Shown in pieces: positions 23,701 through 35,491 of a DNA stretch of 64,000 bases (position 1 is its first letter; each line of letters starts with the position of its first letter). A program made the translations under genes and the position numbers. The stretch covers positions 8,891,709 to 8,955,708 of the forward strand of contig CM119267.1 of the NCBI GenBank assembly GCA_051294375.1, in the 5' to 3' direction. The notes under the pieces were generated by a model. The model worked only from the letters and a program-made list of their open reading frames with translations, was not told the origin of the DNA and did no database searches. This DNA is from Paraspadella gotoi (taxonomy: Eukaryota; Animalia; Chaetognatha).

Positions 23701-25416
23701 GGCTTCAAAATTGAAAATCTTTTCCTGCTGTCAGATCCTCCCAGCTCTCTCTCTCTCTNNNNNNNNNNNNNNNNNNNNNNNNNNNNNNNNNNNNNNNNNN
23801 NNNNNNNNNNNNNNNNNNNNNNNNNNNNNNNNNNNNNNNNNNNNNNNNNNNNNNNNNNNNNNNNNNNNNNNNNNNNNNNNNNNNNNNNNNNNNNNNNNNN
23901 NNNNNNNNNNNNNNNNNNNNNNNNNNNNNNNNNNNNNNNNNNNNNNNNNNNNNNNNNNNNNNNNNNNNNNNNNNNNNNNNNNNNNNNNNNNNNNNNNNNN
24001 NNNNNNNNNNNNNNNNNNNNNNNNNNNNNNNNNNNNNNNNNNNNNNNNNNNNNNNNNNNNNNNNNNNNNNNNNNNNNNNNNNNNNNNNNNNNNNNNNNNN
24101 NNNNNNNNNNNNNNNNNNNNNNNNNNNNNNNNNNNNNNNNNNNNNNNNNNNNNNNNNNNNNNNNNNNNNNNNNNNNNNNNNNNNNNNNNNNNNNNNNNNN
24201 NNNNNNNNNNNNNNNNNNNNNNNNNNNNNNNNNNNNNNNNNNNNNNNNNNNNNNNNNNNNNNNNNNNNNNNNNNNNNNNNNNNNNNNNNNNNNNNNNNNN
24301 NNNNNNNNNNNNNNNNNNNNNNNNNNNNNNNNNNNNNNNNNNNNNNNNNNNNNNNNNNNNNNNNNNNNNNNNNNNNNNNNNNNNNNNNNNNNNNNNNNNN
24401 NNNNNNNNNNNNNNNNNNNNNNNNNNNNNNNNNNNNNNNNNNNNNNNNNNNNNNNNNNNNNNNNNNNNNNNNNNNNNNNNNNNNNNNNNNNNNNNNNNNN
24501 NNNNNNNNNNNNNNNNNNNNNNNNNNNNNNNNNNNNNNNNNNNNNNNNNNNNNNNNNNNNNNNNNNNNNNNNNNNNNNNNNNNNNNNNNNNNNNNNNNNN
24601 NNNNNNNNNNNNNNNNNNNNNNNNNNNNNNNNNNNNNNNNNNNNNNNNNNNNNNNNNNNNNNNNNNNNNNNNNNNNNNNNNNNNNNNNNNNNGGGGGGGC
24701 TAGAGCAAGACGCGTAATTTTAGAAAGTTAGAACGTTGCTCGTGTTCGTAATGGCCGGAAAACTTCATGAACTTGTTTACTCAATAATTTTAATGATTTT
24801 CGGCATGATAATTTATCGCCTTTACTCAACTAATTTTTTTCCTCTTTTTTTTTCGCTCCCTTCTCGATGACCACCTTCAAAACAGGTAAGTCAATTGTAT
24901 ATGTGGTGTTCTTGTTTGTTTCAATCATCAACTTTTGGGATGTTTAATAAAAGAGCCTCAAAGAAATATTATTATGTACGTTTGTACATGAGAGTGAGTG
25001 AGAAAGAGAAAAAAAATTAAGTCTGTCAACTCGGTGCAGAGGTTGTGTGGGGTCAAGACGGTCAGAAAAATGACATCTTTAAGACGCCATGAAGTTCCCG
25101 GTTTTGACACTACAGTTTTGGCATCAACTCGGAGTTTTCTTACCAATTAAATTTCCAACAATAAAAATGAAAATCGGGACTGAGTATGACGAACGAAAAA
25201 CGAAGGCGTAATCCATATCTCACCAGAGCCTTACAAGTCCCGTTTCTCAACTAAAGCTCTCTCTTCCNNNNNNNNNNNNNNNNNNNNNNNNNNNNNNNNN
25301 NNNNNNNNNNNNNNNNNNNNNNNNNNNNNNNNNNNNNNNNNNNNNNNNNNNNNNNNNNNNNNNNNNNNNNNNNNNNGTCTCCCCCCTCCTCATCCATTAT
25401 TACCAAAGCGTTATGA
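20705..25416 (+). repeat. Tandem direct duplication 20705-23160 / 23196-25416 around a 25-N gap
   Basis: Both start AGAAT(C)GACAGGG and end CTCATCCATTATTACCAA..AGCGT. The left copy is insertion-rich and gapless, and the right copy contains N gaps. Confidence 0.93.
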
Positions 25417-25760
25417 CTGTCGAATGAAAAAGCCTCGATGCCGGATTCAATATGGCCGCCGCGATTTTTGCCGCCGAAATGTATCCGGATCGAGGTCGTC
25501 GTCGTCGTCTGGAGACCCTAATTTTTCGAATCCCTCGTGAATATTTTTGAGATTTAAGTTTGGGTGGCGCTTTGAGCGTCATTGGGAGAAAGAGGAGGAG
25601 GAAGAGGAGGATAGGGGAGGAGCTCTGGGACGGAAGAACAAGAATCGTGTCTTTCCTCCTTTTTTTGCCTGAATTTTCGTTAAAAATTCGAATTTCACTG
25701 TCGATCCCATCAGCCAAGCCAATTCTTTCTTTTCCCGCCTTTTCCAACCATCCTGGCCTC

Positions 25761-25870
25761 TTCCAACATTTCTTGCCACATCAAATACTCTTTGCCGCTT
25801 CCAATTCTCTTTGCCACTTCCAATACTCTTTGCCACTTCCAATACTCTTTGCCACTTCTAATACTCTTTG
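25761..25870. repeat. 19-bp minisatellite (CAATACTCTTTGCCACTTC)n, truncated by an N gap
   Basis: About 5-6 visible units running into the gap at 25871. Confidence 0.93.
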
Positions 25871-27797
25871 NNNNNNNNNNNNNNNNNNNNNNNNNNNNNN
25901 NNNNNNNNNNNNNNNNNNNNNNNNNNNNNNNNNNNNNNNNNNNNNNNNNNNNNNNNNNNNNNNNNNNNNNNNNNNNNNNNNNNNNNNNNNNNNNNNNNNN
26001 NNNNNNNNNNNNNNNNNNNNNNNNNNNNNNNNNNNNNNNNNNNNNNNNNNNNNNNNNNNNNNNNNNNNNNNNNNNNNNNNNNNNNNNNNNNNNNNNNNNN
26101 NNNNNNNNNNNNTCTCTCTCTCTCTCTTTATTTTGATCTGCCCTCCCCGTCGCCTCAATGGCTTACAGAATTCAATTTCCTTCTCATACAAAATGCAGCG
26201 GCGACGACGACGACGACAATGACGACGAAGACGACGACGACGTTTTTTAAAGAAAGATAGAATTTTCGGGGTTAGGGTAGAAAAGAAAACGGTTGATTTG
26301 TTCGTTATCTTTATCTTGGCTTTTCTTTTTCTTTTTCTTTTTATCTTTCTTTGGATCAGTAGCATCCCTCCTGACTTCCTTCGCTTTCGGTCTCTTCATT
26401 CAAGAACTCCCTTTCTTTCCTCTCTCACTTTCCCTTTTTCTTTTTCCTCCCTTTTTTTTTGTTTACTCTTCCTCTCTTTTGTCGGTTTAGCGAAGAGAGA
26501 AGGGAAAAGGTTTGTTTTGAGATCATGGGAGCGGAGAGAGGGCGCCGGATTTGGGAGAGCCAAGGTGGGAGGTGGGTAAGGAGTGTCAGATGATGCGGCT
26601 TTGGGCGATGAAGGGTGATGGAATGTTGTCGGTGGTGAAATTCCGATGGAAGAGGGTGAAAAAGTGTGGAAGGAAATAGAGTGAGAATTCCTCGGGGAGG
26701 GATTACAGAATACGGCGTGTTTTTGAAAATACGGGGTGGTTAAGGTAGTAAGTTTGTAAGTCTGTTGCCGAAATAATCCATAGGAGTGTCAATATCGATA
26801 GTTTTGATAGTCAAAAAGAAGAGGTGTGTGTGTCAGGACGAAGGGTTCTTGTGCCGGCAATTCCTCGAATCCACGATAACGAAGCCAACACAGATTCCCA
26901 GCCTCGTTTTCGGTTCATGAAGACACGAACTGATGTCGATCGATGAATTATTGATGACGACGACGACGGTGATGACGACGACGACGACGACGACGACGAC
27001 TTACTCCAAGCCCGTCGGACAAACAGACGGCGAAAATTGCTAAAATCAGAAATGCATTTGAAAGTCGAACTTTGCTCCTCATCGCGGAATTTGATTATCG
27101 GTGCGCAGGCGCGGAAGAGGAATCCAAGATGGCCGCCTCCATTGAAAAGGCGGAGGGAGGAGAATTGAGCGGGAAAAAGAAATGTGCGATTTTCTTTCTG
27201 ATAATCTTTTCCTTTTCTTTTTCCGTCTCGTTCGAAGTCTTTTTCCTTCTTTTTCGAGAGGAATGCTCATAAAGGGTCCCCGTCGGCCCCTATTCTATTT
27301 GTAGTTTACNNNNNNNNNNNNNNNNNNNNNNNNNNNNNNNNNNNNNNNNNNNNNNNNNNNNNNNNNNNNNNNNNNNNNNNNNNNNNNNNNNNNNNNNNNN
27401 NNNNNNNNNNNNNNNNNNNNNNNNNNNNNNNNNNNNNNNNNNNNNNNNNNNNNNNNNNNNNNNNNNNNNNNNNNNNNNNNNNNNNNNNNNNNNNNNNNNN
27501 NNNNNNNNNNNNNNNNNNNNNNNNNNNNNNNNNNNNNNNNNNNNNNNNNNNNNNNNNNNNNNNNNNNNNNNNNNNNNNNNNNNNNNNNNNNNNNNNNNNN
27601 NNNNNNNNNNNNNNNNNNNNNNNNNNNNNNNNNNNNNNNNNNNNNNNNNNNNNNNNNNNNNNNNNNNNNNNNNNNNNNCCCAAAAAACAGAATAACAACG
27701 ACGATGACTACGAGCGAAGATCTCAGAGGGGCAGTGGAAAAGAAAATTGCCTCCTGGGAAATGAAGGAAGCGAAAGACGACGGGGAAGAATCGATGG

Positions 27798-27903
<106 letters not shown>

Positions 27904-29313
27904 GGTGGCATAATCTAAATGATACAATCGTTATTTCTAAGAAAATATTAAATGACTTTTTTCTTTTTCTTTTTAATTGTGACAATTTCAGACGCTGTTT
28001 CTCCTGTTCCTGATGTTCTAATTTTCGTTGCTCTTCGTAGACAATCATCTGCTTTTGTCTGAGACGTTTACTGCTTTTGTCGTGAAGGACGTTAAAAAGA
28101 AAGATGAAGTCCTTGAATGTCCCCAGTCTCTCTCTGTCTCTCTCTCTCTCTCTCTCACTCTCACTCTCTCTGTCTCTCTCTCTCTCTGTCTCTCTCTCTC
28201 ACTCTCTCTCTCACTCTCTCTCTCTCTCAATCGCCCTCTTTCTCTTCCTCCCCTTTTCTTTCTCTCCTTCACCCTCGCCAAACCTTCCTCTCTTCTTTCT
28301 TATCTTGTTTATCTCTGTTTTCGCTTTTTACCAAGTTTTTTTGGCGAAGAGGTTTTGATTAACTTTTTCAAAGGTTTCCCCGTCTTTTGCCGAAGAGCAT
28401 AGGTGTTTGAGGTTTGTGGGTGGGTAAAGCGAAACATATCAGTATCTGTGACAAATTTTTTAGGATGTAAATATATATTGAAAACTATCCGGTGACAATT
28501 CGTCTAAACATAGAATCGTGAATGGTATTTTTATAAGATTATAATATTTTTATAAAACTGAGAAACGTTTTGATTCCAAACGATTTAAGTTTATTAAATA
28601 TACATAGAATATATAATATTTTTATGCGATAAAAACTGTTTGGATCGAAGTGAGGAAGCTTTATAATTTTTAGCGAAACCAAAAAATAAAGATGACATAA
28701 AATGTTCACAGATTGAGACGAAGATTAGCGGAGAAGTCTTATGAATATCGTTTTAAAACAAACGCAATAAAACAAAAATAGAAAAGAGAATAAATAATTA
28801 ATAATAATTAAATTTAAGTCACATATATAATAACTCCTTTTTTCATCTCCTTTTATTCTCTTCTCGTTAAATTCACTCCTTTCTTAATTGGCTCGCTGAA
28901 CATTTTTTCCCCCGGTATTATTCAATTTAATTTCATATAAAACTGTTACCTACCTATCACCACCTTTCTTTAGTCCTGAGCCAATACCATATTCTTCAAA
29001 TGAACGAACCCTACCACCAGACGCAGCGATCCCATTAAAAAACCCTTCTCCCCCCCATTTCAAACTCTTTTCCTCCATTCGCGGCGTCGTCGTCGTAAAA
29101 AAAAGTCGTTTCCTCCTCAAAAACTCGTTTTCTTCCATCAATTCCCTTTTTTTTTTCTTCCTCCCCCCCACTACTCCCCCCCTTCTCCACCCGCTTCCAT
29201 CAACGCCACCTTCTACCCCCCCCCTCTCTCGCTCTCTCTTTCGTCTCCTTATTTCCTTCCGTTTCTTTTTCTGCGCCGCCGCCTTTTCAATTTCTTCGCC
29301 CGGTCGCCGCCCG

Positions 29314-29745
29314 ATGTTTCGAAGGAACGACGGGCGCCGCACCGCAACGCCGGGCGGAGCGACGGGAGACCACAAACCCCCCAACGTCGTGGAAAAAAAA
29401 GGGGGAGGAGGAAGTGAGCGCCCGCGAACGACGTGGTCGCGTCGGAAATTAGCGCCGTGGTCGTTAACGCTGCGGTTTGTGGACAAAGATGCCGCTTACG
29501 CCACCGTTGAAGCTGTCCTCTCTTCAAGCCTGCAAGACGCCCTGGATTGTCTGAAGACGACGGCGCAGCACTATGTCAACGTACTAATAAATAAAACGCC
29601 GAGTTCTGTTCGCCGGGGTTTTCATGGTTACACCGCCGTCTTCCGAAGCCGCCCGCCCACCATCGCCGCCGACCGCTCGTCGCTCGCCGCCCGGAAAAAG
29701 GATCGTCAGTCGAATCGAGCTTTTCAGATGCAGCGATACAGGCGG
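29314..29745 (+). CDS. Candidate coding segment, unknown product
   Basis: 144 open codons up to the N gap, with a non-repetitive, helix-like core LRFVDKDAAYATVEAVLSSSLQDALDCLKTTAQHYVNVLINK. No clear splice sites. Confidence 0.25.
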
Positions 29746-30005
29746 NNNNNNNNNNNNNNNNNNNNNNNNNNNNNNNNNNNNNNNNNNNNNNNNNNNNNNN
29801 NNNNNNNNNNNNNNNNNNNNNNNNNNNNNNNNNNNNNNNNNNNNNNNNNNNNNNNNNNNNNNNNNNNNNNNNNNNNNNNNNNNNNNNNNNNNNNNNNNNN
29901 NNNNNNNNNNNNNNNNNNNNNNNNNNNNNNNNNNNNNNNNNNNNNNNNNNNNNNNNNNNNNNNNNNNNNNNNNNNNNNNNNNNNNNNNNNNNNNNNNNNN
30001 NNNNN

Positions 30006-30042
<37 letters not shown>

Positions 30043-31296
30043 GCTGATAATGGAATTTCTAATCCAGTCTCCAACGTTGAAAAGTAGTTTTGGTAAAAAA
30101 GGAAGAATAAAAAATAAAAAAATTCCCCGTAAGAAAAAAAAAGCGATTTCTGATTTGGGAACTGAGAGCTTGAGAGTTATATTGGTTCCCTCCTAATCCC
30201 GGGTTCCCCTTTCTTTTCGTTTCAGACACTCTCTTCTTTTCTTTCAATTTTTGGGAAAGGAAGTAACAGCAGTTGCTGGTAAAAAAAGCTGGTAAAATGT
30301 TATCTTCGAAAAATAGAATAAAAAAATAGCAAATAAAAAAGAAAAACACTAAAAAAGTGCCGACTAATCGGCCAGAATGAAAAATTTGCCATCGTCTTCA
30401 AACGAGCACAATAAATCCAAGGACGGGGGAATAAACCCTGTAACTTCAGCCACCATTTCTGGTCCATGGCCTTTTGGCTCCAAGAAACCGCGCCTTTCGC
30501 CTCCCCGCGTACTGCTATTGGTTTTTTTGGACCGAGAGTCTCTTCAAGGCCTCGGAGCCTTGGCTCCTTGGCTCCGGGAATTATGGCCCCTTCGCTCTGA
30601 GAATTATGGTCCCCCGGTTCGTAAAGCATCGAGACGCTCTCCCGGCTCCTCCCTTTTCGCAGCCGGAAACGTCGGCCGGAGGTGCTGCCGCTTGTGAATG
30701 GTGTCGGCCGAGGGCGGGCGGCTTCGCGGCGGCGGCGGCGGCGGCGGCGGCGGGCTGCGGTGTTTTGGAAGTCATCAGCGTGAAATGGCTCGACTGCAAC
30801 AAGCGACGCCGTAAGAGGCAGCCAAAACCAATTCAACTCTACTTTTAAGATCCGGTCGGAAATGGTGAATGAGGAAAGCGATGGTGCCGGGGATGAGGGC
30901 GGTAAGGGGGAAGACTGGTGACCTTGGAAGAACGGAATTGAAACTGGATAGCTGGGATGGATGGTGGATGTTGCCAAAATGAAGAAACTAGTTTGAAGGG
31001 TGTTCAAGAGAAAGCTTAGCAGTAAATGCTTCGGTATTTGCTGATACTGTGTAAAAGTTAAAGAATGGATAAGGAAGCGTTGGGTAAGGAAGATAACCCA
31101 AGGAGGAGGAAGGGACGAACGACAGAAGTGGTTGAAAAACCCCGGGCGACGTCGGCGACGCGTCGGGAAAAGAAAGAGCGACCGACGGCGTCGGGCGAAA
31201 GATTAAAGGGAGAAAAGGCTTCCGTCTTCGGCTCGCTTGTTTTCACTCGCTTGTCGGGCGAAAGTCAGGAAAGAGGAGAAGGAGATGAATGTGTGT

Positions 31297-31416
31297 GGGA
31301 TTGGGGATTGGTTTCGGGAACAAGTTTGGGGATTGGGGGATTGGGTTGGGAACATTTGGGATTAGTTTCGGGATAAAGTTGGCGGGATTTGGATTGGAAC
31401 AGTTTGGGGATTGGGT
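31297..31416. repeat. Degenerate G-rich repeat (GGGATTG / GGGAACA motifs)
   Basis: More than ten G3-G5 runs within 120 bp. Confidence 0.7.
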
Positions 31417-32520
31417 AGAACTTTTGTTTTTTTTTCGGTGGAAGAATATGAGTGAGATTGAATTTTTGCCCATAAAAGAGCAGAGCTCTGTTTAAAATTT
31501 TATTTTGTTTGCTATACCTGGTAATAATTAATATTCTACTTGCGAGACAATCTCGCTGGCTTTACTTGAAATTAATCTTATTCTTCTGATCGAGAAAAAA
31601 AAACCGAACCGTCTCGCCACGCCTCCCTACCCACTGGGCTCTCAGTTGTTTGTTGTTTTGGCACTGACACGTAGTATATCGGTAGTAAGGAAACGGCATA
31701 AGCGATTAAACCTTTCCCTATTTTTTTTTCTTTCTCTTTTTCTCTCATTTTTTTTCTCCTCTTCCCGTTTTTTTTTCCGCACCTTTGCTTCCGTTGATTT
31801 GTTGTGATGGAATTCCTTCCATTCCACCGAACAGCAATTTCCTTCCTTCCTTCTATTTTTTTTCCCCTTTTTCTTTATTTTTTCCCTTCGATTTTCTTGT
31901 TCCTTTTTTTTCTTTTTTTTTTTCCCCTTTACTTCATCCCCTTCGATTTATATTTTCGAGACGGTTTTTCACTTCCTTTTTTTTATATTTGCTCTTTTTG
32001 TGAGAATTAAAAACAAGAGCTTATCTGTTTTGTTGCACGTTTGGTTTCCGCATTTTTTTTTTCCTGGATATTTTCTTGAAGGGAAATACAAAATTTTGGA
32101 AATACATAGAATAAAGGCACAACATAGAAGTACTAAAGTGCTTCTGACATGCAAGGCTAAAAAAATAACAGAAAAACAAAAAACAAAAAAATTTAAATTG
32201 TATTTATTTTGTAAAAAATAACTTTTTTGGGAGATAAAAAGCCGTAAAAAATACCTTCGAAAAAAGAAAATTATGAATAATGATACATCTAAACTGAAAA
32301 AGACAGAAATAAACCAGGAAATAGGAAAGACTCGAAAAAAAAAACTAAAAGAAAAGAAATAAAAAAAGGAGAAAAGAAAGATATCGCTTCGGCCCTTGGT
32401 CGTCTTCCTCCCCATAACTCGCTTACGATTGACTCGAAAATCCTTCGCTCGATTTCTTCAGTCGGCCAAAGAATCAGAGAAGATCGGAGATGGAATTCCC
32501 CCCGGGAAATGGGGGGGGAA

Positions 32521-32735
32521 AGAGATGGCATCAGCGCAGTGTTCACCATTGGATGGAAAAGGGAATGACCTCAAGGGAGAGATGGAATCATCACCATAGG
32601 ATAGAAAAGGGAATCATCAAAGGTGAGAGATGGAATCATCACCATGGGATAGAAAAGTGATAGATGAAATCAGCGGAGTGATCACCATTGGTGAGAGATG
32701 GAATCACCATGGTAAACACCAATCACCGATGGACT
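32521..32735. repeat. Degenerate ~50-bp tandem repeat (GAGATGGAATCATCACCATnGGATAGAAAAG core)
   Basis: The core recurs 4-5 times with variable linkers. Confidence 0.8.
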
Positions 32736-33122
32736 TACGGTACTAAGCGTCGGGGAGAAGTGAAATAACGTCGCTTACACGCGACAGTCGCGACACGGCA
32801 GCGGTAATGAGAAAATGTTTAAAATTGATGGCTTTAATCTTTAACGCGCATTGACTCAAGGCTTTTGTAGCAATTTCTTATTATACTATCCCGGCTCATT
32901 TTGTTATTTGGTTATTTTTAAATTAAGATTTTTTAGCAGAGTATCACGGAAGGTTGTGAGGGTCGCGGTTCGGAGAAAACAAAAACACTTTTGAAAATTT
33001 AAAAACTTGAGACTGCCATTTTGAAGAGCAGGAAAATGCATTAGAAGAAGAGAAAGAGTGAGTGGGAAAAAATGGAAGATTTTAAACCGGAAAAAAAAGA
33101 AAAGATGAGGCTTATTGTCAAC

Positions 33123-33164
<42 letters not shown>

Positions 33165-33843
33165 TTTTATTGTTATTATTATCATTTCTCTCTCCCAAAA
33201 AAAAAGGGAAAAGATGGAAAAGGGAAAAGATGAGGAATAAATGGATTCGTGAAGAGAGATAATGTGAGAAACGTGGTTCCCGGGAGCCAAGGATGGGGGG
33301 AGCGTTTGGGGGGCGGCAACGCACCGCCCGATGGCCCAACGGGAGTTTCGAGTATTTAATGCAAAAGAGAACGAAGCAAAAAAACAAACAAACAAACATA
33401 AACAAAACCGCGGAAAAAGCTCGTGCTTAACTCAATTCACATTCATTCCACTTTCTTTGTCTCTTAACCGGATTGGAAATTGAGAAAAAAAACGATCGGT
33501 ACCCGTGATATTAGGTAACATTATTTTTAGTAACAGTTCGCTTATTATATAAACCTCGTCGTTTATTGCTTTATTTTTAGCTAAAAAATTTTCTCGCCAC
33601 CTAAAAAAAACAAATTAAAAAAATTGGCGTCACAACGTCGAAAAAGGTTTTAGCAAAAATAAAAATAAAAATTTGATGAATTTGATTAAATTTAAAAACT
33701 CGATGAAAATTTTGTTTTAATAGAGGAGCGTAATTAAAAGGAATCGCTCTCTCAAACCAGGGATGGAGATAAAGGTGCCGGGGGGGGAAGTATACTCTTT
33801 CTCACTTCATATTTTTATTATTAATTTAAAGCAGATGAGATAT

Positions 33844-33844
<1 letters not shown>

Positions 33845-33907
<63 letters not shown>

Positions 33908-35455
33908 AAGAAGAGAAAGAGAGGTAACAATGAAAAGTAGAGAGAAGAACAGAAAGAAAGAGAGAAAAGAGAACTCGCCAAAAAGAGAAAGAGAAACACA
34001 AAAGCCGAAGCGGATTCGGAGATCGACGAGTATAAGCAACCATCGGTCCCGCGTTCGTCCGTCATATCCGTACGACATCGGTCGTCGTCAGGGTGTACGC
34101 TTTCCGTGCCTCCCAAACGGCCCATCGAGGGTGTGACGAGTTTTTTCTTTTTTTCCTTTTTTTTTTTGAGGCGAATTGAAACGGGTGGGCGGCGATCGCG
34201 GCGAATGCGGAGAAACAGGGAGCGAAGGTAAAGGGGGGTTAAGCGGGGGGGGCGGGCGGGAGACACGAACTGGAGGAATTCTTACAAAAGCAGCGTCGGT
34301 ATCTGATGAAGTTCGGTGCTCGAAGCGGTGTGGAGGACGGGGGGATAAGGATCGATGCGTCAGGTGGGAGGAAGCCCGTAGAGGGGTAAAAAGAAACATC
34401 GAGGGTAGTGATTGGTGCGAGTAAAGAAAAATTGAGGGTAGTAATTTCGTAAAGAAATGAGGAGTAGTATGTTCGGTAAAAGAAAATGAGTAGGTATTTC
34501 GTAAAAAGAGAAATGAGGGTAAGTATTTTCGTAAAAAGAGAAATGAGTCACAGTATTGTACTAAAAGAAAATGAGCGGTAGTATTTTCGTAAAAAGAAAA
34601 TGAGGGTAGTGATTTCGTAAAAGGAAAAATGAGGCTATATTAAATCGTAAAAAAAGAAATGAGGGTAGTAATTATCGTAAAAGAAAAGAGGTAGTATTTC
34701 GTTTGGAGTTTGAAATAAAAAACTGAAAGAGAAGAAGTAAAATTGTGGACGTAATTGTATTGTTTCTTTGTTTTCGATGGTCTAGTCGGAAAAAAAAGGG
34801 CATTATCAGTTTTTCGGGCCGTACAATGGAAATAGTCGACAAAAGACAATCGATGCAAAGAAGAAGAAGGATAAATAATTTGGAAACAAAATAAGACAGA
34901 GCATTGATCAACTTGCATAAGTCGAAAATAAATGTCTACGAAAATTGAAAAGATTAACAAAAAAAGAAAAGCAAAAACGAAAATGAAAAAGAAAGAGAAA
35001 GAAACAAAAAACCCGTGAATACAGAACTCCAAGACGAAACGAGGCTTCAGGTAATTACTTCCTAAATTAGTAATTACTTCCTAAATTAGTAATAGTTCCT
35101 GGAATTTGAAAACGTCAATTTTTTGGTCCCTTTGTTTTTTGCTATTACCGGGCGTCCATTCACTTCTTATTATAAAGGCGCTACAACTAAGAAGCGAGAG
35201 AAGGAGGACCCAGATTGCAATACATTTATTTCTCTATCATTCTCTCTCACTCCTTCTCTCCTCTTTCCTCTCTCTCACTATCTTCGTTACGCGATTCGAC
35301 TCTCGCTGGCATTTTTTTGCACTTTTTTTTGTCGGCCGAGCGAAAATTCGCTAAATTTAATTTTCTGTTCACTGCATGCAATTTCGAAGTAGACGCCGAT
35401 CTCTCTCTCCTCTCTCTCTCTCTCTCTCGTTCTCTCTCTCGTCTCTCCTCTCTCT

Positions 35456-35491
<36 letters not shown>

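Noticed and set aside
30300-31007. 235-aa minus-strand ORF
   Set aside because: It spans a (GCG)n tract and low-complexity ends. Several frames are partly open because of high GC, and there is no recognisable domain or splice support.
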